A stretch of 64,000 nt of DNA from an uncultured Clostridium sp. (GCA_902496665.1 CABVBU010000006.1:3210-67209); one strand, 5' to 3'. Positions 1 through 8,926 are shown, counted from the stretch's first letter. Translations and numbers: made by a program. Notes: a model not told the origin generated them from the letters alone.

Positions 1-332
1 ACCTCAGCAATATAGGAGACTAATATCTGGGTCACAACAATGAGCAGCGTCGCTTTAGCCGGTCCCAGACCGTCCATGCTTTTTATCACAGTCCAGGTGA
101 TGAACGCGCCCATGACACCGCCAAGAAGCATATATTTCCGGTCGATGGAGAACATCCCCCAGATCTCCCCACGCCCGGTAAAAAAATAGAGAACCACACA
201 TGTCAGAAACGCCGTCAGCTGCACCCATCCTGCCGCCGCCCAGATGCTGCTCTGCTTCGTCACCTCCGTATTAAAGATCCCCTGCAGACTCATAAGCGCG
301 CCCGAAAGCAGTGCCACCAGAATTCCCCACAT
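1..332 (-). CDS. DMT-superfamily membrane protein (DUF606/YdcZ-like), N-terminal part only; the gene runs off the window
   Basis: Not in the ORF track because it is truncated. My minus-strand translation from the ATG at 330-332 gives MWGILVALLSGALMSLQGIFNTEVTKQSSIWAAAGWVQLTAFLTCVVLYFF..., a hydrophobic multi-TM sequence. An AGGAGG lies about 8 nt upstream. Confidence 0.55.
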   Translation of the reverse strand, partial: MWGILVALLSGALMSLQGIFNTEVTKQSSIWAAAGWVQLTAFLTCVVLYFFTGRGEIWGMFSIDRKYMLLGGVMGAFITWTVIKSMDGLGPAKATLLIVVTQILVSYIAE

Positions 333-335
333 ATA

Positions 336-388
336 AAAAACCTCCTGAAACCATGTTTCCTTTAGGATTCCATGGTCAGGAGGTTTTT
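336..388 (-). terminator. Intrinsic terminator after folD; its 3' arm contains the SD of the downstream DMT gene
   Basis: AACCTCCTGA (339-348) pairs with TCAGGAGGTT (376-385), and CCATG (351-355) pairs with CATGG (371-375). On the minus strand the stem is followed by TTTTTTAT and then the ATG. Confidence 0.6.
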
Positions 389-446
389 ATGCAGTTATAA
401 TCTGTTATATGTCAGGATCCTTTCTGAATCCTGTTGGGCATTATCT

Positions 447-1295
447 TTACTGGCGCTCTATCTTTCTCTCCGCCGCCATCGCCAGATGCTTCGCCAGCAC
501 CGCCGTCGTCACAGCGCCGACGCCGCCCGGGACCGGAGTTGCTGCGGACGCTTTTTCTTCCAGGCCGTCCCAGAGGACATCACCGCAGAGCTTTCCGTTC
601 TCATCCACGTTGATTCCAACATCGACCAGCACAGCGCCTTCCTTTAAGTAGGACGCATCCAACATCTTCGCCTTTCCTGCTGCCGCGACGAGAATATCCG
701 CTTCCTGGCAGACTGCCTTTAAATCCTTTGTCCTTGTGTGGCACACAGTCACCGTCGCGTTCTCCTTCAACATCAGCATGGACAACGGACGTCCAACGAC
801 CATGCTGCGTCCAACGATCACCGCGCGCTTTCCCTCCATAGGAATATCAAATGCCTTTAACACCTCAATGACCGCCTCAGCCGTACACGGCGCAAATCCG
901 TCCTTCTCACCAGCAAACACCTTCGCCGTATTCACCGCGCAGATCCCATCGAGATCTTTCTCCGGCCGGATCATCTGCTCTGCGCGCTTCTCATTGATAT
1001 GCTTCGGAAGCGGACGGAACAGCAGAATCCCGTCGATGGTCTCGTCATCGTTGATCTTCTGGAACTCCGCAAAGAACTCTTCCTCTGTGATATCCGCCGG
1101 ATACACGTAAGACTTTGTCTCCATTCCATATGCCGCAATACGTTTCATAACATTTCTCTCGTAGGAGAGATCATCCGGCCGCTCACCGATGCGGACGACG
1201 GCCGCTGTCGGCACATAGCCGCCTAATTTCTCGTTCATTGCGAGAACCTGTTCCTTGATTTTCGCAGAAACCTCTGCACCTTTTAATATGATCAT
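447..1295 (-). CDS. folD: Bifunctional methylenetetrahydrofolate dehydrogenase/methenyl-THF cyclohydrolase
   Basis: 282-aa ORF with a typical FolD N-terminus (MIILKGAEVSAKIKEQV...) and a Rossmann segment VIVGRSMVVGRPL. It overlaps the fchA stop by 4 nt. Confidence 0.95.
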   Translation of the reverse strand: MIILKGAEVSAKIKEQVLAMNEKLGGYVPTAAVVRIGERPDDLSYERNVMKRIAAYGMETKSYVYPADITEEEFFAEFQKINDDETIDGILLFRPLPKHINEKRAEQMIRPEKDLDGICAVNTAKVFAGEKDGFAPCTAEAVIEVLKAFDIPMEGKRAVIVGRSMVVGRPLSMLMLKENATVTVCHTRTKDLKAVCQEADILVAAAGKAKMLDASYLKEGAVLVDVGINVDENGKLCGDVLWDGLEEKASAATPVPGGVGAVTTAVLAKHLAMAAERKIERQ

Positions 1296-1930
1296 CCTCT
1301 TACCGCCTTTAACACAATCTCATAGATCCGGTCTGCCTGTTCCGTTCCCTTCCTTATAAGAAGCTCCGCCTGGCTGTTCACCGCCTCGGCATACTCCCGG
1401 TCCTTCATCATCTTCGTATTGATATACACGCTCATGACCGCTCCGAGAAGCGCCGACCGGATCCCCTGGATCCCGACACCCGCATCGCTCACCGCAAGGC
1501 GGCTTCCGTGGAGCGCCAGAAACTCGATATCGTCCATCACGCTGACTGCCCGCTCCATGACTTCCATCGGAACCTTCGCCGCAGCCTTCAAGCACTCTTC
1601 CATCCGCTCTTCCTTTTCCGTCTTCTCTTCCTTCGTCTCCGCCTTCATGCGGTAGACCTCCGAGAGTGGCTGAAACGCCTGCTCGTCCGCCTTCTCAAGC
1701 CGGATAAAATCCATTCTCGCCCCGCCAAGTCTCGCAAGGATCTTCTGGACATCTTCCTCATATATCGCAAACTTCTTCTTTCCCGAAGTCAGGTTCCCCA
1801 CCATCTCACCGAGAGCCGTTCCGATGGCGCCGTAAACCGCCGCCGCACTTCCGCCCCCTGGAGTCGGTGCCTTGGATGCCAAGACTTCCAGGTATTCGTT
1901 CCACTGTTCCATGAACACGTTTCCTTCCAT
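1292..1930 (-). CDS. fchA: Cyclodeaminase/cyclohydrolase family protein (FTCD C-terminal-like; methenyl-THF cyclohydrolase)
   Basis: 212-aa ORF with the motif LASKAPTPGGGSAAA typical of this family. It is translationally coupled to folD. An alternative start at Met7 (1912) is possible. Confidence 0.8.
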   Translation of the reverse strand: MEGNVFMEQWNEYLEVLASKAPTPGGGSAAAVYGAIGTALGEMVGNLTSGKKKFAIYEEDVQKILARLGGARMDFIRLEKADEQAFQPLSEVYRMKAETKEEKTEKEERMEECLKAAAKVPMEVMERAVSVMDDIEFLALHGSRLAVSDAGVGIQGIRSALLGAVMSVYINTKMMKDREYAEAVNSQAELLIRKGTEQADRIYEIVLKAVRG

Positions 1931-2167
1931 ATTTACTCTCTGCGCAGCTATCCCCTTCTCCTAACACCTGCATATCCTTTCATACAGCATGACAGGCGGC
2001 TGGCGCAGTCTTGAAACCTATTATCCATGATTTCACAGTGCTTGTCAATCCTGACTCCATATTTCCTACCAGCTCTATATGATTTGCATTCTGACAGCCG
2101 CCCAGATCTCATTTCCCCGCCGGCACATATCCATCTCCCCCCGCCTTTCCCAATTTATACATCATAT

Positions 2168-2234
2168 TTGCATATTATACAATTTTCTTTCATAAAAATG
2201 CATTTTATGCTTGACATTATGCATATTCGGATGT
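2168..2234 (+). promoter_or_regulatory. Three ARG-box-like half-palindromes (TGCATwTTATnCw) overlapping the argG promoter; candidate ArgR/AhrC operators
   Basis: TGCATATTATACA (about 2169), TGCATTTTATGCT (about 2199) and TGCATATTCGGAT (about 2220), lying directly upstream of and across the -35/-10 of argG. Confidence 0.35.
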
Positions 2235-2239
2235 ATATT
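2211..2239 (+). promoter_or_regulatory. Sigma-A type promoter of argG
   Basis: TTGACA (2211-2216), a 17-nt spacer, then TATATT (2234-2239), about 50 nt upstream of the argG ATG. Confidence 0.5.
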
Positions 2240-2289
2240 TATGAAGCGAAAAGAAAACAACGTCTGAAACAGATCGGAGGATAACAATT

Positions 2290-3507
2290 ATGAAAGAGAA
2301 AGTTATTTTAGCATATTCCGGCGGACTCGACACAACAGTTCTGATTCCGTGGTTAAAAGAAAATTATGATTACGATGTAGTCTGCGTCTGCATCGACGTA
2401 GGACAGGGAAATGAGTTAGATGGTCTGGAAGAGAGAGCAAAATACTGCGGAGCTTCCAAATTATATATCGAGCATGTTGTCGATGAATTCTGCGACGAGT
2501 ACATCGCTCCGTGCGTAAAAGCAAACGCTACATATGAGAACAAGTATCTCCTCGGTACCGCAATGGCCCGCCCGCTGATCGCGAAGATCCTCGTTGATAT
2601 CGCAAATAAGGAAGGCGCTGTTGCGATCTGCCACGGTGCTACCGGTAAGGGCAACGATCAGGTACGTTTCGAGCTCGGCATCAAGGCTCTTGCTCCGGAT
2701 ATGAAGATCATCGCTCCGTGGAGAACCTGGAATATCCAGTCCCGTGAGGAAGAATTAGAATACTGTGCAAAGCACAACATCGATCTTCCGTTCAAGAAAA
2801 ACGACAGCTACAGCCGTGACCGCAACATCTGGCACATCAGCCATGAAGGTCTTGAGCTGGAAGACCCGGCACAGGCTCCGAACTACGATCATATGCTCGT
2901 ACTCGGCGTAACACCGGAGAAGGCACCGGACGAAGAGACTGAGATCTCCATCTCCTTCGAAAAAGGATTCCCGGTTGCATTAAACGGCGAGAAGATGAAA
3001 TTCTCCGAGATCCTCACAAAATTAAATGAGCTCGGCGGCAAGAACGGAATCGGCATCACCGATATCGTTGAGAACCGTATGGTCGGCATGAAGTCCCGTG
3101 GTGTTTATGAGACTCCTGGCGGAACAATCCTTCTTGAGGCTCACAAGCAGTTAGAGGAACTGATCTTAGACAAAGAGACATTAAAATATAAGAAGAACAT
3201 CGACAACGAGTACGCTGATGTCGTTTACTCTGCAAAGTGGTTCAGCCCGCTTCGTGAGGCATTACAGGCATTCGTTGAATCCACACAGGAATATGTAACT
3301 GGTGAGTGCAAGATGAAGCTCTACAAGGGCAACATCATCAAGCAAGGCACAACTTCCCCGTACTCCTTATACAACGAGAGCATCGCTTCCTTCACAACAG
3401 GCGATCTCTACGACCACCACGACGCTACCGGCTTCATCAACCTCTATGGTCTCTCCACAAAGGTTCGCGCAATGAAGATGGCAGAGGTCGAGAAGAATCA
3501 GAAATAA
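2290..3507 (+). CDS. argG: Argininosuccinate synthase
   Basis: 405-aa ORF with the N-terminal ATP-binding motif [18 protein letters not shown] lies upstream. Confidence 0.97.
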   Translation: MKEKVILAYSGGLDTTVLIPWLKENYDYDVVCVCIDVGQGNELDGLEERAKYCGASKLYIEHVVDEFCDEYIAPCVKANATYENKYLLGTAMARPLIAKILVDIANKEGAVAICHGATGKGNDQVRFELGIKALAPDMKIIAPWRTWNIQSREEELEYCAKHNIDLPFKKNDSYSRDRNIWHISHEGLELEDPAQAPNYDHMLVLGVTPEKAPDEETEISISFEKGFPVALNGEKMKFSEILTKLNELGGKNGIGITDIVENRMVGMKSRGVYETPGGTILLEAHKQLEELILDKETLKYKKNIDNEYADVVYSAKWFSPLREALQAFVESTQEYVTGECKMKLYKGNIIKQGTTSPYSLYNESIASFTTGDLYDHHDATGFINLYGLSTKVRAMKMAEVEKNQK

Positions 3508-3536
3508 TAACTCTCTTTCATAAAAAACTTAGGCTT

Positions 3537-3574
3537 GATCCCGGCAGGACATGTTCCCGCCGGGATCTTTTCTT
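3537..3574 (+). terminator. Intrinsic terminator after argG
   Basis: GATCCCGGC (3537-3545) pairs with GCCGGGATC (3559-3567), followed by TTTTCTT. Confidence 0.7.
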
Positions 3575-3791
3575 CATATGTACAGATTCTTTACATTTCT
3601 GTCATTTTTCTTTCATTCCCTTCACAAAACCTCTTATATCTGACCGTATTCCTTCATTTTTTTTTGACAATTTGGTCACACTTTTTTGATTTAATATGGA
3701 TCATAAGGAAAGAGAGGGCTCCTTTGAATCATCTGGATCTTTCGTTTTTCCCCTTATATTTTCGATATCAGAAAGGAAGACTTAAATTATT

Positions 3792-4292
3792 ATGAAAAAG
3801 AAATTACTTCTTACCACCTGCATCGCAGGCATCATCGCACTGGCAACCGCATGCTCTTCCCAGAGCACAACTGCTGCAACGACCGCTGCTTCTACAACGG
3901 CTGAGGCAACAACAGAGGCTGCTGTGAAGGAGAATACAACTGCTGCTGAAAAGGAGACAACCGCCGCTGAAAAAGCAGAAAGCAAGGCAGAAAGTACAAC
4001 AGAATCAAAAGACCAGAAAGAAGCTGATTCCAAAGCTTCCGAAAACAGCAGTGAAAAAAGTGACGAAACAAAAGAGTCTACAATGACTGGTACCATCAGC
4101 GACATAAAAGATTTCATGTTCACAGTAAGTGCTGATGGAAAGGATTACGCATTCACCTTCGAAGCCGATAAGAAACCGGAAGGTCTCTCCGAAGTCAAGG
4201 ACGGCGATAAAGTTACTGTAACCTACACCGGAACGGTCAATGAAGTAGACGCTTTCGATGGAACCATTCTTTCCGTGACAAAGGCTAAATAA
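3792..4292 (+). CDS. Lipoprotein of unknown function
   Basis: 166-aa ORF with a signal peptide and lipobox (LATAC), a Thr/Ala/Glu-rich low-complexity linker, and a small C-terminal globular domain. Confidence 0.7.
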   Translation: MKKKLLLTTCIAGIIALATACSSQSTTAATTAASTTAEATTEAAVKENTTAAEKETTAAEKAESKAESTTESKDQKEADSKASENSSEKSDETKESTMTGTISDIKDFMFTVSADGKDYAFTFEADKKPEGLSEVKDGDKVTVTYTGTVNEVDAFDGTILSVTKAK

Positions 4293-4314
4293 TATACGCA
4301 CGGATGTGTAAAAA

Positions 4315-4361
4315 AGGCACCGCTAGGTCCCAAAAAGAACCTTGCGGTGCCTCATTTTTTT
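4315..4361. terminator. Bidirectional intrinsic terminator between the convergent lipoprotein gene and ggt
   Basis: AGGCACCGC (4315-4323) pairs with GCGGTGCCT (4344-4352). It is flanked by an A-run upstream and a T-run (4355-4361) downstream. Confidence 0.75.
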
Positions 4362-4444
4362 ATAAGAACTTAAGTCTACTCCTGGAACAGATTTCTCTGC
4401 CCGGGGTTTTGTTCTATCCTTCTATCTTTTATCACACACACTCT

Positions 4445-6169
4445 TTACAATTCTTCCTGGCTCACGCCCTCCAGCACAATATGTCCGCCCGGAAGAAGCG
4501 CTCCGCCGCAGCCGTCCACACGCTTCGTGCCTGCCGCGTAGAACTCCCCATCCACATTCATGACACTATTGAGCATCGTGCTCATAGCCTGGTCTACCGG
4601 AACCGGGACGATCTTATGCCCCTTCTCTTCCAGAATCTTCCTTGTATCACCGGAAATTCCGTACTCCACTTCCAATCCCTGTGCCCTCGTCAGACAGTTG
4701 ATATACGGCGCATTGACAAGCTGTTCCGGAGTCATATCGAAATCGATGGCATTGACGATGCCCTGAAGTGTGCCGGTGATGATTCTCGGTCCGCCGGCCG
4801 CTCCGATCGCAAGGAACGGCTTTCCGTCCTTAAATACCATACTCGGTGACATACTGGAGAGCGGTGTCTTTCCACCCTGGATTGCATTGGCGCTTCCGTA
4901 GGCAAGTCCCTGGCTCGTCATTGCTCCCACCGCCGCTGAGAAATCGGACATAGCGTTATTCAAAACAAATCCAAGTCCGTCAACAACGATGCCACATCCA
5001 AACCAGTCACGTACGGTCTGTGTCTGTGAGAACGCGTTTCCTTCCTTATCCATGACCGCAAAGTGGGATGTATTTCCCGGATACTGCTTCGCCTCGATAC
5101 CATCGGCCGACGCGAATTCCCCGGCCTTCTCCCCTGCCAGCTCAAAACGCTCATGGGCAAATTTCTTGCTCGTCAGTCGGTCCACATCCACATCCACAAA
5201 ATCCGGATCTCCGAGTGCCACACTACGATCCGCAAATCCAAGCTTCATGGACTCCGCCAGCGCATGAATGCTGGCCGCCGTGTTGTGTCCCATAGAACGG
5301 ATATCATAATTTTCCAGAATATTGAGCATTTCCACTAACGCACAGCCGCCGCTCGGCGGTGCGAACGCTGTGACTTCATATCCGCGGTAAGTGGTCTTCA
5401 CTGGTGTGCGGAATTTCGGCTCATATGTCTCCATGTCAGAGAGTTCAAAGCAGCCGCCGCGCTCGTTGATCAAATCCACGATCTTCTTTGCGACCTCTCC
5501 TTTATAGAAATAGTCCACACCATGCTCGGCAATGTTCTCCAGAAGCTTTGCAATCTCCGGATTCTTCTGGATCTCACCGAATTTATAGAAGCCTCCGTTC
5601 TCCTTCAGATATAACTTTCTGAACGACTCAGAAAGGCGCATCTTCCGCTCAACAGAGTTGTCATACATAGTGAGCGCACCTGTATAGCTTGTTCCGAATC
5701 CGTCTCTCGCGCACCGGATCGCCGGAACCGCAACTTCTTTCAGTGTCATGGTTCCATACTTCTTGAGGACGATGTCCATAGTCTTTAAGAGTCCCGGAAG
5801 TGCCACGGACTGTCCGCCCAAATCCTTCCACTCATCCTGTACTTCTCCATCTTTGATAAAAAGGTCTGCCGTCGCCTTCGCCGGAGCGATTCCACGCCCG
5901 TCAATGCCCTCGGTCTTTCCCGTCTTTGCGTCGTAAAGTAAGGAGAAACAGCCACCGCCAATACCGGAATGGTGCGGTTCCACAACGGACAATGTCAGGG
6001 ATACAGCCACCGCTGCGTCGAAGGCATTTCCACCCTTATTTAAGATCTCGAGCCCAGCTCTTGTTGCATAGACATTGTTGCAACTGACTGCGCCCATACT
6101 TCCGTGAGCCACTGGTTTTCCCCAGTAGGACGGCCACATATAGATCTGTTTTTTCATATTCTGTGCCAT
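4445..6169 (-). CDS. ggt: Gamma-glutamyltransferase family protein with no signal peptide (probably cytoplasmic)
   Basis: Ntn-hydrolase GGT signature around the catalytic Thr (PGNTSHFAVMD). I prefer the ATG at 6167-6169, which has AAGGAAG upstream, over the GTG at 6178 listed in the track. Confidence 0.85.
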   Translation of the reverse strand: MAQNMKKQIYMWPSYWGKPVAHGSMGAVSCNNVYATRAGLEILNKGGNAFDAAVAVSLTLSVVEPHHSGIGGGCFSLLYDAKTGKTEGIDGRGIAPAKATADLFIKDGEVQDEWKDLGGQSVALPGLLKTMDIVLKKYGTMTLKEVAVPAIRCARDGFGTSYTGALTMYDNSVERKMRLSESFRKLYLKENGGFYKFGEIQKNPEIAKLLENIAEHGVDYFYKGEVAKKIVDLINERGGCFELSDMETYEPKFRTPVKTTYRGYEVTAFAPPSGGCALVEMLNILENYDIRSMGHNTAASIHALAESMKLGFADRSVALGDPDFVDVDVDRLTSKKFAHERFELAGEKAGEFASADGIEAKQYPGNTSHFAVMDKEGNAFSQTQTVRDWFGCGIVVDGLGFVLNNAMSDFSAAVGAMTSQGLAYGSANAIQGGKTPLSSMSPSMVFKDGKPFLAIGAAGGPRIITGTLQGIVNAIDFDMTPEQLVNAPYINCLTRAQGLEVEYGISGDTRKILEEKGHKIVPVPVDQAMSTMLNSVMNVDGEFYAAGTKRVDGCGGALLPGGHIVLEGVSQEEL

Positions 6170-6188
6170 ATTTATCACGCTTCCTTTA

Positions 6189-7559
6189 TCATGCCTTTTC
6201 CTTATATGTCATAAGAGAAACTGCGATACCAACACCGTATGTAACGATAACAACTGGATATACTGCCTCAACAATATCGGTAAGTCCAAGGAGCATCCAG
6301 GCAACGCCTGTGATCATACCTGTCAACATACTCCAGAATGCGCCCTGTTTTGTTGTCTTCTTCCACATAAGACCTGCAAGAATAGAGAAGCTTACCGGAG
6401 CCGCTGCCACATGCTGTAAGGTTAAGAACAGGTTCGTTAAGGAACTGCTCGGGATCAGGAAGGCTGGAATCAAAGTAAGGTATGCGAATATGAATGTGAT
6501 GGTCTTGGAGAGTTTCAAGACCTTCGCATCATCGACATCCGGATTGATCTCAGTCTTATAAACGTTTGTAATGATCGTTCCTGTCGCCAGCATCATGGTC
6601 GCCATTGTTGCCGCGATGATCATGGTTGCGAACGCAAAAATGATACCTGCGAATACCGGGCTGCTGAATGTCTTGATCGCATATGCAAATGCGGTAGAGC
6701 CGTCGCCGAGGTCTGCACCGCTCGCTTTAGAAAGCATACCACAAGTTGCGGTAAAGAAACAGATAGGAGCTGCAATTACATAACCAAGAATAGAACCGAC
6801 TCTTGCTGCCTCCGGGCTCTTAGCGGAAAGAAGTGGCTGAAGAACGGCCTGCATAACTGCGGTACTGATGCAGCCGCCGACGATCCACGCGATGATTCGC
6901 TGTGTCGGCATATTGCCCATAGAATCATATTTTTCCGGAAGGGAGCTTAAAAGTCCGCTGAATCCGCCGAATTTCGGAAGTGTTGTGAACACGAAGCAAA
7001 TCAGGAGCACGTAGATACCGATGCAAACAACACGTCCAACAGCGGATGCACCTTTCATACCAGAAAAACTTGTGTAGATAACTGCGATCGTAACACCGAT
7101 GAACATTGCAACCATGAGGTTCAGCCCCGGAAGTACGATCTGGATGATACTAGATACTGTCTTTAACTGGATCGGGATATAGAGGAAACCATATACGATC
7201 CATGCATAAGAATAAAGTCTTGTTGTTCTGACATCGTATTTCGTCTGGAGGTAGACCGGTACAGATTCGCCAGGCATCCTCTCACGGATGATCTTTGCGA
7301 ACACCGCAAGGGCAATGAAATAGAATGAACCTGCGATAGAATACCACGCACCGGAAATGCCAAGGTTATATCCGTTCTGGGCCGCGCCTACGACCGCCAT
7401 GCCGCCGATCTGCCACGCCGCGAAAACGCAGCCGAGGGACAGAGCGCCCATGGTCTTATCGCCGCCGGACCACTGGTTCGCTGACTTAATTTTTGTTCCG
7501 GCATACACGCCTATGCCGATAATCAAACAGAATGTAATGATCCAAACCGCTACTAACAT
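6189..7559 (-). CDS. Sodium:solute symporter (SSF) family transporter
   Basis: 456-aa polytopic ORF with SSF-like composition. An AGGAGG RBS is present. Its stop lies 19 nt upstream of ggt, so the two probably form an operon. Confidence 0.85.
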   Translation of the reverse strand: MLVAVWIITFCLIIGIGVYAGTKIKSANQWSGGDKTMGALSLGCVFAAWQIGGMAVVGAAQNGYNLGISGAWYSIAGSFYFIALAVFAKIIRERMPGESVPVYLQTKYDVRTTRLYSYAWIVYGFLYIPIQLKTVSSIIQIVLPGLNLMVAMFIGVTIAVIYTSFSGMKGASAVGRVVCIGIYVLLICFVFTTLPKFGGFSGLLSSLPEKYDSMGNMPTQRIIAWIVGGCISTAVMQAVLQPLLSAKSPEAARVGSILGYVIAAPICFFTATCGMLSKASGADLGDGSTAFAYAIKTFSSPVFAGIIFAFATMIIAATMATMMLATGTIITNVYKTEINPDVDDAKVLKLSKTITFIFAYLTLIPAFLIPSSSLTNLFLTLQHVAAAPVSFSILAGLMWKKTTKQGAFWSMLTGMITGVAWMLLGLTDIVEAVYPVVIVTYGVGIAVSLMTYKEKA

Positions 7560-7661
7560 ACATATTCCTCCTGTTAAAAACCGATTCCAGATGGCACCTG
7601 GATCATGACTCCGCGTCCGACCCGCTACCAGAAAACCACTCTGGAGATCAGCCAGCTGATT

Positions 7662-7730
7662 TCAGCCTTTGTGCTCCATGTTGTCAACAGTTTCATGATT
7701 ACTTTCTACCGGATATGATCCTATGCCCAT
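7662..7730 (-). CDS. Candidate 22-aa leader micro-ORF (MGIGSYPVESNHETVDNMEHKG)
   Basis: A consensus AAGGAGG lies 7 nt upstream of the ATG. The ORF sits about 45 nt downstream of the predicted promoter and about 100 nt upstream of the symporter gene. No homology evidence. Confidence 0.25.
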   Translation of the reverse strand: MGIGSYPVESNHETVDNMEHKG

Positions 7731-7780
7731 TTTCTGCCTCCTTATCAGAAATATATTACACATTACATATCTATGACCAA

Positions 7781-7809
7781 ATAATACAAATATTTTTTCG
7801 AAATGTCAA
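7781..7809 (-). promoter_or_regulatory. Sigma-A type promoter for the symporter-ggt operon
   Basis: On the minus strand: TTGACA (7804-7809), a 17-nt spacer, then TATTAT (7781-7786). Confidence 0.5.
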
Positions 7810-7816
7810 TAGGCAG

Positions 7817-7829
7817 AACCAAACTGGTT
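7817..7829. promoter_or_regulatory. Inverted repeat AACCA-AAC-TGGTT; candidate GntR-family operator
   Basis: A perfect 5-bp-arm palindrome immediately upstream of the -35, in the spacer shared with the divergent gntR gene. Confidence 0.3.
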
Positions 7830-7978
7830 GATTTCCCTGTGAATTCCTTATATACTTAATAAGGGGCTTATTATTTTCGACAAAATATATAATATGCGAT
7901 TAAAATACAGAACATTCTTTTGTGAGCCCGGATGAACCGTCAGGAGCACATTTTCTGCCATTAGGGGAGGTATCTTTT

Positions 7979-8677
7979 ATGGGTGAAAATCAGTCCGGCC
8001 TTTTAGGCGCCGGAAAAGTACATACAGCAACTTACAAAAACCAGGCATATGACCTGATCAAGGACGCGATCCTCTACAACCGGTTCCGCGTTGACGCGAT
8101 TTACTCCCAGGAGGCGATCTGTAATGAACTTGGGATCAGCCGCACGCCGGTCCGCGAGGCACTGTTGGAACTTCAGAAAGAGGGATATGTGAGTTTCTCC
8201 CGTGGAAAAGGCGTAAAAGTTGTCCCAGTGACGGAACAGGATGCGGGAGATATCCTGGAAGCCAGGATCTTTCTGGAATCCCACAACGCGAAACTTGCAG
8301 CGGAACGCGGAACTCCTGAGGAAAAGCAGGCCATTATGGGCTGTCTGAAGGAATTGGAAGAGAATCTCTCGACTCTGGACAGCCGTCTGCTCTACCGCAT
8401 CGACCATCAGTTCCACCGTCTGGTCGCTGACGCATCCCACAACGGATGGTTTTCCCGCCAGACAAGCCTAATCCTGGACCATTATCTGCGGTTTGAGGTC
8501 AAATCCGTCTACAACAATTCCATCGACGGCACACTTGTATACAAGGAGCATTTTGCCATCGGGGAGGAGATTCTGAACAGCCAGCCCGAGAAAGCCGCTC
8601 AGACCATGCAGCACCATCTGTCCAACTCCTATACCCGCACACTGGGCGGGATATGGAAGAATACACCGGAACGGTAG
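7979..8677 (+). CDS. GntR family transcriptional regulator (FadR/FCD subfamily)
   Basis: Winged-HTH segment ICNELGISRTPVREALLELQKEGYV followed by a helical FCD-like C-terminal domain. I moved the start to the ATG at 7979, which has GGGGAGG upstream; the track ORF begins at a GTG at 7922. Confidence 0.85.
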   Translation: MGENQSGLLGAGKVHTATYKNQAYDLIKDAILYNRFRVDAIYSQEAICNELGISRTPVREALLELQKEGYVSFSRGKGVKVVPVTEQDAGDILEARIFLESHNAKLAAERGTPEEKQAIMGCLKELEENLSTLDSRLLYRIDHQFHRLVADASHNGWFSRQTSLILDHYLRFEVKSVYNNSIDGTLVYKEHFAIGEEILNSQPEKAAQTMQHHLSNSYTRTLGGIWKNTPER

Positions 8678-8696
8678 GCGGTATTCGCACAAAATA

Positions 8697-8733
8697 GGCA
8701 CCGCCAGGTCTTAAGGAAAGGACCGGCGGTGCC
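8697..8733. terminator. GC-rich hairpin between the convergent gntR and a small ORF
   Basis: GGCACCGCC (8697-8705) pairs with GGCGGTGCC (8725-8733), with an inner GGTC/GACC pairing. The T-tract is weak. Confidence 0.5.
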
Positions 8734-8755
8734 GCGGATAAAAGGCTGGAGGTAG

Positions 8756-8926
8756 TCAGCCGTTAGAATATTGACATACCATGATCTGGATCTTATCAAG
8801 CATTCGCTTAAGATCCTCATTTTCTTTCTGAAGTCTGACGCAGCGTTCCCGGTACAGATCCCGCTGCATCTCTACTGAACAATTTTCCTTATTGGTTTCA
8901 GCTGTGAATTTTTCTGTTTTTTTCAT
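8756..8926 (-). CDS. Hypothetical small coiled-coil protein (56 aa from MKKTEKF...)
   Basis: GGGGAG lies 7-8 nt upstream of the ATG at 8926. The sequence is charged and heptad-like (LQKENEDLKRMLDKIQ). No recognisable family. Confidence 0.3.
   Translation of the reverse strand: MKKTEKFTAETNKENCSVEMQRDLYRERCVRLQKENEDLKRMLDKIQIMVCQYSNG

Noticed and set aside
3782-4123. 113-aa minus-strand ORF, and apparent repeats in the 3850-4050 region.
   Set aside because: The ORF is antisense to the Thr/Ala/Glu-rich linker of the lipoprotein gene. The repetitiveness is low-complexity coding sequence, not a tandem DNA repeat or a CRISPR array.
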